DNA of 63,837 nt from Candidatus Moraniibacteriota bacterium (GCA_043743535.1 JAYTWI010000002.1:1-63837); one strand, 5' to 3'. Counted from the first letter of the stretch, positions 8,634 to 18,282 are shown. The notes: a model not told the origin generated them from the letters alone. Numbers and translations are program-made.

Positions 8634-9182
8634 TTATGCCCGAGGGCGCTCCTGTTCTTTCAACAACGGATACTGCCGATCCTTTTCTATCATAATTGGT
8701 TCCGTTACCCCCCAAGCAATACCGAGGTCTGGATCATTCCACAGGATGCCTCGCTCGTGCTCTTTGGAATAATACTGGCTACATTTGTAAGAGAAAAGAG
8801 CTGTTTCAGAAAGTACCACAAAGCCGTGAGCCAGGCCGGCCGGAATAAACAGCTGACGATGATTGTCGCTGGAAAGTTTCACTGCCACATGCTGACCAAA
8901 GGTGGGCGAATCATGCCGAATATCCACCGCCACATCGAGCACTTCGCCCGAGAGCACGGAAACCAGTTTGGCCTGGGCAAAAGGAGGCAGCTGATAGTGC
9001 AACCCTCGCAAGACATGCTGGCGCGAAAAAGAGACGTTGTCTTGGACAAAACGCACATCTTTGCCCAAAGCCTCTTGATAGCGTTTCTCCTCGAAACTCT
9101 CCATAAACCAGCCGCGTTCATCAGCGAACACATCGGGCGTAATCAAAATCACTCCAGCCAAAACAGTCTGTTCAACCTCCAT
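8634..9182 (-). CDS. rfbC: dTDP-4-dehydrorhamnose 3,5-epimerase
   Basis: FADERGWFMESF and LRGLHYQ motifs, with cupin-fold length of 182 aa. Confidence 0.9.
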   Translation of the reverse strand: MEVEQTVLAGVILITPDVFADERGWFMESFEEKRYQEALGKDVRFVQDNVSFSRQHVLRGLHYQLPPFAQAKLVSVLSGEVLDVAVDIRHDSPTFGQHVAVKLSSDNHRQLFIPAGLAHGFVVLSETALFSYKCSQYYSKEHERGILWNDPDLGIAWGVTEPIMIEKDRQYPLLKEQERPRA

Positions 9183-9230
9183 AATGAATCTTTCAAAAAG
9201 TCACCCATTCATTGTAAAATACCCCAGGGA

Positions 9231-9268
9231 TAAAAGCAAAAGCCATCCAAAACATGGCTTGGATGGCT
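9231..9268 (-). terminator. Rho-independent terminator after the KH-domain gene
   Basis: Perfect 10-bp stem agccatccaa / ttggatggct with an 8-nt loop. TTTGCTTTTA follows on the minus strand. Confidence 0.7.
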
Positions 9269-9291
9269 GATGCAATTTTCAATAACGATGC

Positions 9292-9663
9292 CTACAGCTT
9301 GATATCGTTCATGACATCATCAAGCGTCTTTTTCTCTTCCACTCTGGGCGCTTCTGAAATATAGGTAGGGGCAGATTCACGCGGTTCGCGCACCGGCCGC
9401 TCTGATCCTTCTGGTTCGTTGATTTTCAAATTGACCCGGGCACTATTGCGAGCACCAATCACTCGCAAAAGTGTGCGGAGCGCCTTGGCGGTCATACCCT
9501 CTCGGCCGATCACCATCCCCATATCTTTGGGGTTAACATCGAGCGTAATGAGCACCCCCATTTCGTCAATCTTCCGTTCTACCTTCACATCGTCTGGATT
9601 ATCGACAAGCATCTTCACTACATACTCGATAAAATCCCGATCCTTTGTCGCGTTGTCTGTCAT
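9292..9663 (-). CDS. KH-domain RNA-binding protein (KhpA/YlqC-like) with a charged C-terminal tail
   Basis: VKMLVDNPDDVKV ... VIGREGMTAKALRTLL, with the GxxG loop of a KH domain. Confidence 0.8.
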   Translation of the reverse strand: MTDNATKDRDFIEYVVKMLVDNPDDVKVERKIDEMGVLITLDVNPKDMGMVIGREGMTAKALRTLLRVIGARNSARVNLKINEPEGSERPVREPRESAPTYISEAPRVEEKKTLDDVMNDIKL

Positions 9664-9799
9664 AAGACTTTAAAAACATCACGGATTAATACTCACCAAC
9701 CAAAAGGAACTACAAAATATTCTTCTTTTCTATGATACCCTTTTTTCCCAGGCTCTGCAAGATGAAAACCGAAGAAAGAAAAAAGAAAAACGTCGCCAA

Positions 9800-11131
9800 C
9801 TACATTTCCGTCCACTCAGCGGGCGGTTTGAACACGGTGTGCCTCCATGTGGCTGATTGACGACAAAGGAAACTGCCAGCCGTACGCGGATCGGCCAACA
9901 ACTGCTCCGTAATTTTTTCCATCCGCATCCCCTGCGAGCCTTTAATAAGAATGAGATCTTCTGGTCGCACCAATGTCAAAACAGACTCCACTGCAGCCAT
10001 CGGATCAGGCAGCCATAATACCTGCTTGCGTGAGAAACCAGTCTCAAGTAATTTCTCGTGGAGCGCCCGCATATATTTTCCCACTGTCACCACAATATGA
10101 GCCCCTGAATCTTTCACAGCCCCCGCCAAGTTAGCGTGGAGCGCCTCCGCCTCTACCCCCAATTCCAGCATATCGCCCAAGACCAGCATCTTCCGCGGTG
10201 CCATGAGCTCACTCACCACAGCCAAAGCAGCCTCGGTGGAAAGCGGCGAGGCATTATACGTATCATCCAAGAGCACCGTGTTATCGCGGCCAGCAAGCAG
10301 GCGCAGACGTCCTGGCAATGGCTCAAAATTTTCCAATGCGGTAGCCACTGCCATGACATTCATCTTGAGCGCCAACGCCACGGCTACAGCCGCCAAAATT
10401 GCCGGAATATGATGCTTGGCCACGATCTTAGGTAACCTAATAGGAATCGTCTTTCCGTCAAAATTAAGTTTGAGACTGAATCCTTCGCCATTTCGAGCAG
10501 CTCGATGAAAGATAATATTGTCCGCATACACTGTTGCTCCTTTATGGAAACCGTAGGTCAGCACTTTGGCTGCTGTCCGCTCTCCCATCTTGAGAGTCCG
10601 CTTATCGTCAGCATTGAGAATAGCAAACCCATCTTCTGGCAAAGTAGCAATCAGTCTCCCTTTCTCGCGAGCGATAGCAGTCACTGAACCGAAATACGCC
10701 AGATGACTCGACGAGACTTGCGTAGCAATGCCAATTTTCACCGACACAAATTCAAGAAGCGCATCCATATCACCCGGACGATCAATACCCATCTCCAAAA
10801 CAAGAATTTCTGGATAGCGCACTGGGAAAAGCATGATAAATAACCAGTGTGCAAAGACCCGCAGCCAGCCGAGGAACGATCCTTCGCCACTCTTGGCACC
10901 AATGACAGAAAGTGGCACACCAATTTCGTTGTTGTAGTTGCCCTCACTCTTACGTACCGTGTAGCCAGTCGAGAGTACCTGTGCCACCGCTTCCTTGGCA
11001 GAGCTCTTCCCCACGGACCCGGTAATGCCTACAATAATCGGCCGATATTTGACCAAGACCGCCTTGGTCATGAGACGCAATATTTTTTCGAGCAGTTTTC
11101 GTTTACTCACAGCCATACATTGAAATTGCAA
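9800..11131 (-). CDS. murF: UDP-N-acetylmuramoyl-tripeptide--D-alanyl-D-alanine ligase
   Basis: GITGSVGKSSAKE P-loop, NYNNEIGVPL, and Mur ligase length. The start may be the ATG at 11116. Confidence 0.85.
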   Translation of the reverse strand: MQFQCMAVSKRKLLEKILRLMTKAVLVKYRPIIVGITGSVGKSSAKEAVAQVLSTGYTVRKSEGNYNNEIGVPLSVIGAKSGEGSFLGWLRVFAHWLFIMLFPVRYPEILVLEMGIDRPGDMDALLEFVSVKIGIATQVSSSHLAYFGSVTAIAREKGRLIATLPEDGFAILNADDKRTLKMGERTAAKVLTYGFHKGATVYADNIIFHRAARNGEGFSLKLNFDGKTIPIRLPKIVAKHHIPAILAAVAVALALKMNVMAVATALENFEPLPGRLRLLAGRDNTVLLDDTYNASPLSTEAALAVVSELMAPRKMLVLGDMLELGVEAEALHANLAGAVKDSGAHIVVTVGKYMRALHEKLLETGFSRKQVLWLPDPMAAVESVLTLVRPEDLILIKGSQGMRMEKITEQLLADPRTAGSFLCRQSATWRHTVFKPPAEWTEM

Positions 11132-11140
11132 TACTTATGC

Positions 11141-12928
11141 TTATATCGCCACCTTTGTTGCTTCGGTTGGTTTGATTCTGGCGTACTCTAGCAAAAATTT
11201 CATAATCTGGCTAAAGGTGGGAGCGGCGCTTGATTCCGCCCATTCGACATTTTTAGGATTTTCTAACTTCACTAAAACCACGAAGCGCGGGTCATCAAGC
11301 GGCGCGTAGCCCACGAATGAACCGATACTGACATTCGCCTGATAGCCCTTGCCATCAGTCTTAGCTACTTGAGCCGTACCAGTTTTACCCCCCACGAGAT
11401 AACCTGGTACATCAGCGCGTTTTCCATGACCGTAGACCACCACCCGCCGTAACATTTGACCGAGTGTCCGACTGGTTTCATCACTGATGACACGCCGAAT
11501 TTCCTCTGGCCGTCTCTCTTCCTTGCTCCCGTCAGTATGAATAATGCTATCAATAATATTAGGACGCATCAAGTGACCACCATTCGAAAGCGCAGCATAT
11601 GCCGTCACCAGCTGTAGTGGCGTTGCGGTAAACCCCTGACCAAACGAAGCGGTAAAAAAGTTGATAGTAGCTCGTTCGTTAGCGAGGCTCCGTAAAGTAC
11701 CCGCGAGCTCTGCCGGTAGGCCCACTCCGCTCCGCTCCCCGAAGCCGAAACGCCGCATATAGTCCCCGAAAAGATGATTGCCGAGCAACTTTTCGACATA
11801 TATTGCCCCCGTATTGATCGACTGTTCCAGTACCGTATTCATATTGACCCGCCCATAGACTTTCTCTTCCGAGTTCTTGATGGTATAATCTGCTTCTTTG
11901 ATCGCTCCTGTATCGACATATTCCGTATTCGGATTGACCTTGGCTTCTTCAATCCCCATAGCCATCGTGATAGGTTTCATAATCGAACCAGGCTCGTATG
12001 TCACACTTACCGCCGGATTAAGAAACAATGAATAGTCATCCACCTTGGAGTAATTATTTGGATCAAACTGCGGGTACGAGGCCATGGACAGAATATTCCC
12101 CGTCTTCGGATCCATAACGATAGCCGTGGCTCGATCCGCCTGGTAGCGCTCAACCGAATCCTTGAGGATCTTCTCAGTCTCATACTGGATAACGCGATCA
12201 AGCGTCAGGAGCAAACTCTCGCCATTTTCGGCTTTGGTGACGGCCCGATCAGAGAGTGGGATCCAGCGACCGCTCGCATCCTTCTCCTCTAGCACCGTGC
12301 CTGTTTGACCGCGAAGCGCTCCATCGAAGGAAGCCTCAATGCCATAGCCGCCCGCCCCGCCCCGCTCACCCAAACTGGCGAAGCCCACCACTTGTGAAGC
12401 CAATTCCCCGCCAGGGTAGTAGCGATATTTTTCAGGCAAGAGCGAAACGCCCTTCAAATGTAACTCAGTCACCCGATTCACTTCGTCATCACTCAGATGC
12501 TTCTTAATAATCTCAAATGGGTCATCGGGACCATTCAATTTATCCCGAATCACCGAGGCATCGATACCGAGCACCTGAGCCAGCCGGAGAGCCACCATAT
12601 CCTTTTCCACAATATCTTTCGGCACTACGTAAACCATTTTGTAGTCACGGTTAACCGCTAACGGATAGCGTCCGTTCTCTCCGTCATGGATATATATCTC
12701 GCCACGATCGGCAGAAATCTCTGTCGAAGTATTATGCTGCGTTTCAGCCAAAGCTACCCACTTGTCATGGGAAATGATTTGTAAGAAGTAGAGTCTGCCA
12801 AAAACAGCTAAACCGATAAAAAAAATCAGTACAGAAAGCGTGCGTATGCGTGAAACCCCTTCACGCACCGTCGCCTCGCGGCCTTTCTTTTTTGTTTGAG
12901 CCGTACCTGTGTTTCCCATATGCTTCAA
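11141..12928 (-). CDS. ftsI: Penicillin-binding protein, class B transpeptidase (FtsI/PBP2-like)
   Basis: N-terminal TM helix. Motifs SxxK (SIMK), SxN (SIN) and KTG (KTGTAQ). Sits in the expected position in the dcw cluster. Confidence 0.85.
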   Translation of the reverse strand: MKHMGNTGTAQTKKKGREATVREGVSRIRTLSVLIFFIGLAVFGRLYFLQIISHDKWVALAETQHNTSTEISADRGEIYIHDGENGRYPLAVNRDYKMVYVVPKDIVEKDMVALRLAQVLGIDASVIRDKLNGPDDPFEIIKKHLSDDEVNRVTELHLKGVSLLPEKYRYYPGGELASQVVGFASLGERGGAGGYGIEASFDGALRGQTGTVLEEKDASGRWIPLSDRAVTKAENGESLLLTLDRVIQYETEKILKDSVERYQADRATAIVMDPKTGNILSMASYPQFDPNNYSKVDDYSLFLNPAVSVTYEPGSIMKPITMAMGIEEAKVNPNTEYVDTGAIKEADYTIKNSEEKVYGRVNMNTVLEQSINTGAIYVEKLLGNHLFGDYMRRFGFGERSGVGLPAELAGTLRSLANERATINFFTASFGQGFTATPLQLVTAYAALSNGGHLMRPNIIDSIIHTDGSKEERRPEEIRRVISDETSRTLGQMLRRVVVYGHGKRADVPGYLVGGKTGTAQVAKTDGKGYQANVSIGSFVGYAPLDDPRFVVLVKLENPKNVEWAESSAAPTFSQIMKFLLEYARIKPTEATKVAI

Positions 12929-12970
12929 GTCTTGCCATTATCTATCAGAGCCAAGAAACACCAGAATGTT

Positions 12971-13321
12971 TTATCTCAATGCCACTGGGCCACGTTCCTC
13001 AATGTATTTGACGTTTTCCAATTTTTTCATCTGGAGCTCAGCATTCGATGATTCAATACGCTCGAGCGACCGTAAGTCAGCTTCAGTAATACGTAGCTTT
13101 GCACTTTGTTGTTTCAGGGCGTTGATTTCTTTTTCCAACGTTCGCATATGATAGCCTTGCACCGCGTTTTGGTTGACCGCATAGAGATAGCCACCACCCG
13201 AAAGGAACAATGCCGTCAATACTCCCAACACAAGCATATGCACTGAACCAGCAAGCTCGAGCTTGCTTGATCGTTTCCCTGTAGAAGGCGATATCAATTT
13301 TTGACTTTGGAAAACTCGCAT
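12971..13321 (-). CDS. ftsL: FtsL-like cell division protein
   Basis: Short bitopic protein with TM helix HMLVLGVLTALFLSGGGYLY followed by a coiled-coil region, between rsmH and ftsI. The track ORF (to 13390) was trimmed to the ATG downstream of the rsmH stop. Confidence 0.55.
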   Translation of the reverse strand: MRVFQSQKLISPSTGKRSSKLELAGSVHMLVLGVLTALFLSGGGYLYAVNQNAVQGYHMRTLEKEINALKQQSAKLRITEADLRSLERIESSNAELQMKKLENVKYIEERGPVALR

Positions 13322-13358
13322 ATGAAATTTTATTTTTGTATTTTCTGTACCGAGAACG

Positions 13359-14324
13359 CTAGAGCTTTTCGATGATACGTAATTTGGCACTTCTCGCCCG
13401 AGGATTACTTGTTTGTTCTTCTTCTGTCGCTACAATCGGCCGTTTGGTAATAATCTTAATATGAGCTGTATTACCACAACGACAGACTGGAAAATTGGGC
13501 GGGCAGATGCAGCCTTGTGCCTCACTGCGAAAAAATTGTTTCACTCGTTTATCTTCCCCAGAATGAAAGGTGATAACCGCCAATCGTCCACCCGGCACCA
13601 GCCGCTCTATCGCCTGCACGAGGAAACGTTCTAAATGCTCAAATTCTTTATTGACCGCGATACGAAGGGCCTGGAATACTTTGGTCGCTGGATGAATCTT
13701 CTTGTGAAGTGAGAGTCGCTTGGGGTATACCTCTTCAATCAACTTTCGAAGTTCTATCGTGGTGTGAAGCGATCGACTACTGCGCTCTCGCACTATCGCT
13801 TCGGCTATCCTTCGCGCCAACGGTTCATCACCGTACTGGCGAAACAACTGCTCCAGCCGCTCCGACGAAAAAGTATGGATGATCTCATCGGCGGTAAGCG
13901 CCGTTGTTTGATCAAGCCGCATATCGAGGGGTCCATCTACCTGGAAACTGAAACCACGCACTGCCCCGGCTATCTGATCAGAAGAAAAACCCAGGTCAGC
14001 CAATATAGCCTCCACCCCTTTTGCGCCGAGCTCATCAAGAACGCTTGCGAGCTCAGAATAATTCTTCCGTACCAAGTGGAGACGATTCTCTTCCAAGGCC
14101 TGTCGTAAAAAATCATCGGCGTTAGCCCGTTTCATGAAACGCGTGAGCGCTTCTTCGTCAGCATCGAAAGCGATGACCGTTCCTCCTGGCATGACTGCCT
14201 CGAGGATAGCCTTCGTGTGACTCCCTCCGCCCAAAGTAGCATCAACCACTACCGCTCCTTTTGTAAGGTGCAACAAACCTATCGTCTCTGCCAACAGCAC
14301 AGGAATATGTTTCGTTTCTTCCAT
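13359..14324 (-). CDS. rsmH: 16S rRNA (cytosine1402-N4)-methyltransferase
   Basis: HIPVLL, DATLGGGSHT and DLGFSSDQ motifs. Located directly after mraZ. Confidence 0.92.
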   Translation of the reverse strand: MEETKHIPVLLAETIGLLHLTKGAVVVDATLGGGSHTKAILEAVMPGGTVIAFDADEEALTRFMKRANADDFLRQALEENRLHLVRKNYSELASVLDELGAKGVEAILADLGFSSDQIAGAVRGFSFQVDGPLDMRLDQTTALTADEIIHTFSSERLEQLFRQYGDEPLARRIAEAIVRERSSRSLHTTIELRKLIEEVYPKRLSLHKKIHPATKVFQALRIAVNKEFEHLERFLVQAIERLVPGGRLAVITFHSGEDKRVKQFFRSEAQGCICPPNFPVCRCGNTAHIKIITKRPIVATEEEQTSNPRARSAKLRIIEKL

Positions 14325-14431
14325 ATCATTTCAACCCTCAAACATTAAAACTTGGCTTTCAGTTTTTGATGTTTGATTTTTGAAATTTCTTTTCTACCAC
14401 TCTCGCCCATTCTCCTTGTGGCTACCATTTT

Positions 14432-14866
14432 TTAATAAATTCCTAGCTTGCCCAAATCCTCCGCGATCTTGCCAGTATTCTTTTCTGCTTGCAACTTGTA
14501 TTTGTTCCAACGCATCGTGTCCCAAATCTCCAAACGATTGAACAAACCGACAATCGTCACATCTTTCTTTAGTCCGCCATCGCTTTTCAGATATTCTGGA
14601 AGTAGCACCCGGCCCTGACTATCGAGTTCTACATCGATGGCTCCGGCCAGCATCACCCGGATAAAACTGCGTGTGCCGGCTTCACCTACGGGCAGTGTTC
14701 CTAATTTCGTGGCCAATTCTTCCCACACCTTCATAGGGTACACGAACAAACAGCTATCGAGTCCTCGCGTCACAATCACTTTGTTCCCAAGCTCGCCACG
14801 AAATTTCGAAGGTAACGCCAAACGCTTCTTCGGATCAATCGTATGTGTGTATTCCCCGATGAACAT
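14432..14866 (-). CDS. mraZ: Transcriptional regulator MraZ
   Basis: MFIGEYTHTIDPKKRLALPSKFR plus the second SpoVT/AbrB-like repeat DSQGRVLLPEYLK. Confidence 0.92.
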   Translation of the reverse strand: MFIGEYTHTIDPKKRLALPSKFRGELGNKVIVTRGLDSCLFVYPMKVWEELATKLGTLPVGEAGTRSFIRVMLAGAIDVELDSQGRVLLPEYLKSDGGLKKDVTIVGLFNRLEIWDTMRWNKYKLQAEKNTGKIAEDLGKLGIY

Positions 14867-14895
14867 AGACGTGAAATGATGGCGGTGTGAAATTC

Positions 14896-14962
14896 CCCAC
14901 TTCCACCCACTTATGAATATCTACTCCCCATCTTACGCCACCTGAAACCATTGTCAACCCAC
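14896..14962 (-). promoter_or_regulatory. Candidate mraZ promoter with MraZ-box-like direct repeats
   Basis: On the minus strand: TTGACA (14952-14957), a 16-nt spacer, then TAAGAT (14930-14935). Downstream lie two AAGTGGG repeats exactly 10 nt apart (GTGGG at 14906-14910 and 14896-14900). There is also GATGGGG at the -10 element and GTGGG at 14958-14962. Confidence 0.5.
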
Positions 14963-14973
14963 GAGTTATACAG

Positions 14974-15005
14974 CAAAAAAACGGCCTGTTAAAGCCGTTT
15001 TTTTC
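14974..15005 (-). terminator. Bidirectional-type intrinsic terminator after pepA
   Basis: Stem acggc / gccgt with an 8-nt loop, flanked by an A run upstream and a T run downstream. Confidence 0.6.
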
Positions 15006-15022
15006 ATATCACTGTATATTTT

Positions 15023-16426
15023 TTAATCCTTTTTCTCTCCTCGCAACAATTGTACGAGCAATCGCACCGGAGCACCAGCGGAACCTTTCGAGAGAAACTC
15101 ATCGGGCAAAGTCATCATACGCGGCGCAATATCGAGGTGCACCCAAGGATAAGATTTGTCCACAAACTGTTTGAGAAAAACCGCCGCTGTGATGGCTCCT
15201 CCATAACGGGTGCGCCCCAGGTTAGCCACATCGCCAAATGTTCCTTTCACTTCTTCGTCATATTCGTCCCATAGTGGCAGCGGCCAGACGTAGTCCCCAC
15301 TCTTTTCACCGAGGTGCCGAAATGTTAATTCCAATTTCTCATCCTCCGTGAAAAGCGCCGTCGCCCGTTCACCCAAAGCGACCATGGCTGCTCCCGTCAA
15401 GGTCGCCACGTCGATCACCAATGCTGGATCATAGCGCTTGGCATAATGCAAAGCATCAGCCAAAATAATCCGCCCCTCTGCGTCAGTATTCAACACCTCA
15501 ATAGTCTTCCCGGACATGGAGCGCAGGATGTCTCCCGGTCGATAGCTCGAACCCGAGGCCATATTCTCTACCGCTGGAATAAGTGCCACGATATTTTTCT
15601 TCAATTTCAGGCGCGCCGCCGCCGAGAGTGCGTGAATGACCGCTGCCCCGCCGGACATATCCATATTCATCCCCAAAATACTATCACTCGGTTTCAGATT
15701 GATGCCACCGGTATCAAACGTCACCCCCTTGCCTATGAGCACCACTGGCTTCTCTTTTTTCGCTGCCCCACGATATTCCAAAATGATAAAACGCGGCGTA
15801 GCGACAGACCCCATCCCTACCCCCAAGACTCCGCCCATCTTGAGGCGCTTCATTTCTGCTACTCCGAGGACGACTACTTTCACTGGGAGACCTTTCACCG
15901 CAGCTCTCGCATGAGTGGCCAAAATTTCCGGCGTCATTTCCCCGCCCGGCATCGTAGCGATATGGCGCGAACGGTTCACTTCTTCACCGATGATCATGCC
16001 CAGAGCAATGCCAGCGCCAACAGCCTTGTCAGAAACATTTGCAAGGACGATTTTTTTCACGGCCGGAAAACCTTCTTTTGGTTCGGTAAGAAATTCACAA
16101 AACGAAAATGAAGCCATCAGAAAATTAGTTGCCAAGAGTTCGGCCAATTCTTGTGGGGATATCTTGAGATGCGAAAAATGCCACTGCCCAAAATCAAGCA
16201 CCAGCGCAGAGTATTTTTTGGCTAAAGCCTCACGCACCACACGTCTCACCAGAAGGATAAGTTTCCGCCGTGTCATCGTAGACCGCTTGCCGATAGTAAG
16301 AGAAAGCGTCAACATTCCATCTTTTTCCAGTACCACGCCGTCGTTCTTCTCCGCTACCAAAGAGACTGCCAGTGCCCCTTTCTTCTGCCAATATTCCTCG
16401 TCCTCCCGCGAAATCTTGATATTCAT
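15023..16426 (-). CDS. pepA: Leucyl aminopeptidase (M17 family)
   Basis: NTDAEGRIILADAL signature and GKGVTFDTGG. Confidence 0.9.
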   Translation of the reverse strand: MNIKISREDEEYWQKKGALAVSLVAEKNDGVVLEKDGMLTLSLTIGKRSTMTRRKLILLVRRVVREALAKKYSALVLDFGQWHFSHLKISPQELAELLATNFLMASFSFCEFLTEPKEGFPAVKKIVLANVSDKAVGAGIALGMIIGEEVNRSRHIATMPGGEMTPEILATHARAAVKGLPVKVVVLGVAEMKRLKMGGVLGVGMGSVATPRFIILEYRGAAKKEKPVVLIGKGVTFDTGGINLKPSDSILGMNMDMSGGAAVIHALSAAARLKLKKNIVALIPAVENMASGSSYRPGDILRSMSGKTIEVLNTDAEGRIILADALHYAKRYDPALVIDVATLTGAAMVALGERATALFTEDEKLELTFRHLGEKSGDYVWPLPLWDEYDEEVKGTFGDVANLGRTRYGGAITAAVFLKQFVDKSYPWVHLDIAPRMMTLPDEFLSKGSAGAPVRLLVQLLRGEKKD

Positions 16427-16478
16427 AATCCTCTCAGTAATTATATGGGCGTTTAAAATTTCAAAGCATTAAAAACCA

Positions 16479-16955
16479 TTAGTGGCTTCTAGTCAAACTT
16501 TTAATATCTCTCAAAATCTCATCGGCATGGCCATCAGGCTTCACATCCTCATAGACTTTGGCAATCGTACCGGTCGGATCAATGAGAAACGAAGTACGCA
16601 ATATCCCTAAGTACTCACGCCCCATAAACTTCTTCTTAGCCCACACCCCATAGAAGGCTACTACTTTTTTCTCCTCGTCAGCCAAGAGTGTGAAGGGCAG
16701 TTCGTATTTCATGGCAAACTTGGCATGCTTTTTGACCGCGTCAACACTCACTCCCAAAACTACCGCTTTGGTCTTGATAAATTGAGGAAAATTGTCCCGA
16801 AACTGACAGGCCTCCACCGTACAGCCTGGAGTATCATCTTTGGGATAAAAATACAGCACCACCCACTGGCCGAGGTAATCTTTCAAACTATGCATCTTGC
16901 CCTCCTGATCGGGTAATGTAAACGCCTTCGCCTGGCTTCCTTGTTTGGACAACAT
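16479..16955 (-). CDS. bcp: Thiol peroxidase / peroxiredoxin Bcp
   Basis: YFYPKDDTPGCTVEAC active-site motif, 158 aa. Confidence 0.9.
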   Translation of the reverse strand: MLSKQGSQAKAFTLPDQEGKMHSLKDYLGQWVVLYFYPKDDTPGCTVEACQFRDNFPQFIKTKAVVLGVSVDAVKKHAKFAMKYELPFTLLADEEKKVVAFYGVWAKKKFMGREYLGILRTSFLIDPTGTIAKVYEDVKPDGHADEILRDIKSLTRSH

Positions 16956-16994
16956 GTTTTTGAAAATAATTTATAGAATACGTTATTTTATCAC

Positions 16995-17035
16995 AAAAGA
17001 AAAAGCCCCGCCACAGTGGTTCCTGTGTGCGGGGT
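16995..17035 (-). terminator. Strong intrinsic terminator upstream of bcp
   Basis: Stem gccccgccacag / ctgtgtgcggggt with one bulge and loop tggttc. TTTTTCTTTT follows on the minus strand. Confidence 0.65.
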
Positions 17036-17063
17036 CTCATATATGTCTACCCGATAGCAGGCT

Positions 17064-17525
17064 CTAGGCCTTTAGATGTGGGCAGATTCTCTGATACACC
17101 ATCAGCTCAGCCCGAGCGAATAAACGCGGATTTAAACCTCTACTCTTTGAACTATACCGAGCCATTTTAATCCGGAATATCGCCAATACTATGTCTCCCT
17201 GCCCCAAAGCATCAAGGATTGCGCGCAGCACCGGGCAGTCATCAATAAACATTTCCGCTGTCAGGAGAAACTTTTTGATCACATGGGGACACAGTTCTGT
17301 CCCCCTTTCTTCTACTCCTGCTGCCATTTTGTCTCCTCTTTTCCTATAAACAAATGAACTCCCAAGTTTCTTAGGGGGTTCATACGATAAGCCTGAAACT
17401 TCAGACTTCTTGAGAATGGTAACACGGGGAATACCATCTGTCAACCCCACGGGGTGTTGGTGAATTCTAAACCAGTATTGACGGAAAGTCTGAAATAAGC
17501 TATACTTTCTAGTGAAAGCTTCCAC
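17064..17525 (-). CDS. Doubtful ORF (153 aa); may instead be a non-coding or decayed element
   Basis: GTG start with no Shine-Dalgarno sequence. Contains a 15-nt copy of the IS30 terminal repeat, a tRNA T-arm-like fragment and many local hairpins. A terminator follows at 16995-17035. Confidence 0.25.
   Translation of the reverse strand: MEAFTRKYSLFQTFRQYWFRIHQHPVGLTDGIPRVTILKKSEVSGLSYEPPKKLGSSFVYRKRGDKMAAGVEERGTELCPHVIKKFLLTAEMFIDDCPVLRAILDALGQGDIVLAIFRIKMARYSSKSRGLNPRLFARAELMVYQRICPHLKA
17459..17473. repeat. Solo 15-nt copy of the left terminal repeat of the window-end IS30 element
   Basis: ggtgaattctaaacc is identical to 62758-62772. Confidence 0.45.
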
Positions 17526-17592
17526 TGGGAGCTTTTAGGTTTTTTCTTTACCAACTTTTTTTCTTCCACCCAGGCCTCGGAGGGGCCTCATC

Positions 17593-18282
17593 ATGTTCAA
17601 GCAATCTCTGTTTTCTGTGGCCGCATTGGTCACAGCGCTGGGTCTTTCCTTTCACGGCCAGGCCAACGCATCGCCCCTGGCCTTCAACTCCGACTTCGAA
17701 GCCTCGTGCGACCGCACGGGCTGGAGTACGGTGGGGTCGGGCACTGTCGACACTTTCGACAATACATTTCAGCCCTTGACCGCCCCGAATGGGGACACCA
17801 TCGCAACCGGGCAAGGAAACTGCTCCGGCTTCACAAGGCCAGATCGGGGTGCGGCGGTGGGCTTCAAGCTCGTCCTGCCCGGAAGCGTCCACGGCGGGGA
17901 CACCATCTCCTTTCTGTGGCAGCTTTCGGGCGGGGACACTGCAGGCGACACTTACAGTGTCGTCGTCACCAACTACGGGGCAGTGACAGCAGAACTGCTT
18001 GCCACGAGTGAAGTCTTCACCAACACCGGCTGGCTCACGGGCATGATCACTGTGCCGATTGCTGTACCGGGTGGTGATGTTCTCACGCCGATGGCGCTCT
18101 ACTTTCTCAACAACAACTCGGGCGGAGGGCTGACCCCCAGCGATGCGCTCGTTGACGACGTGCGGCTTAGCAGCCCTGGCACAGTTTCCGAACCGGGCGG
18201 CCTGGGCTTGGCGGCACTCGCCTTCTCTGCCCTGATCATCGCACCGAAGGCGCGGCGCGCACGCCAACGCTCGACCTACTGA
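17593..18282 (+). CDS. Secreted PEP-CTERM sorting-domain protein
   Basis: Signal peptide MFKQSLFSVAALVTALGLSFHGQANA. The C-terminus is VSEP + GGLGLAALAFSALIIA + PKARRARQR, the PEP motif / TM helix / basic cluster layout. Plus-strand gene in a G+C-rich patch. Confidence 0.75.
   Translation: MFKQSLFSVAALVTALGLSFHGQANASPLAFNSDFEASCDRTGWSTVGSGTVDTFDNTFQPLTAPNGDTIATGQGNCSGFTRPDRGAAVGFKLVLPGSVHGGDTISFLWQLSGGDTAGDTYSVVVTNYGAVTAELLATSEVFTNTGWLTGMITVPIAVPGGDVLTPMALYFLNNNSGGGLTPSDALVDDVRLSSPGTVSEPGGLGLAALAFSALIIAPKARRARQRSTY

Noticed and set aside
7636-8715. Long version of rfbB (359 aa) and long version of ftsL (12971-13390)
   Set aside because: The N-terminal extensions overlap the preceding genes by 80 and 30 nt and add non-homologous residues. 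Internal ATG codons give the canonical N-termini.
15446-16472. Long plus-strand ORFs (221 aa and 185 aa) antisense to pepA
   Set aside because: pepA on the minus strand has unmistakable M17 motifs. The antisense ORFs have Arg/His/Ser-rich composition and no motifs.
17095-17175. Second tRNA gene suggested by GGTTTAAATCC on the minus strand
   Set aside because: The flanking bases do not form a T stem (AGAGG against CCGCG). No D arm, anticodon arm or acceptor pairing could be drawn. At best it is a fragment.
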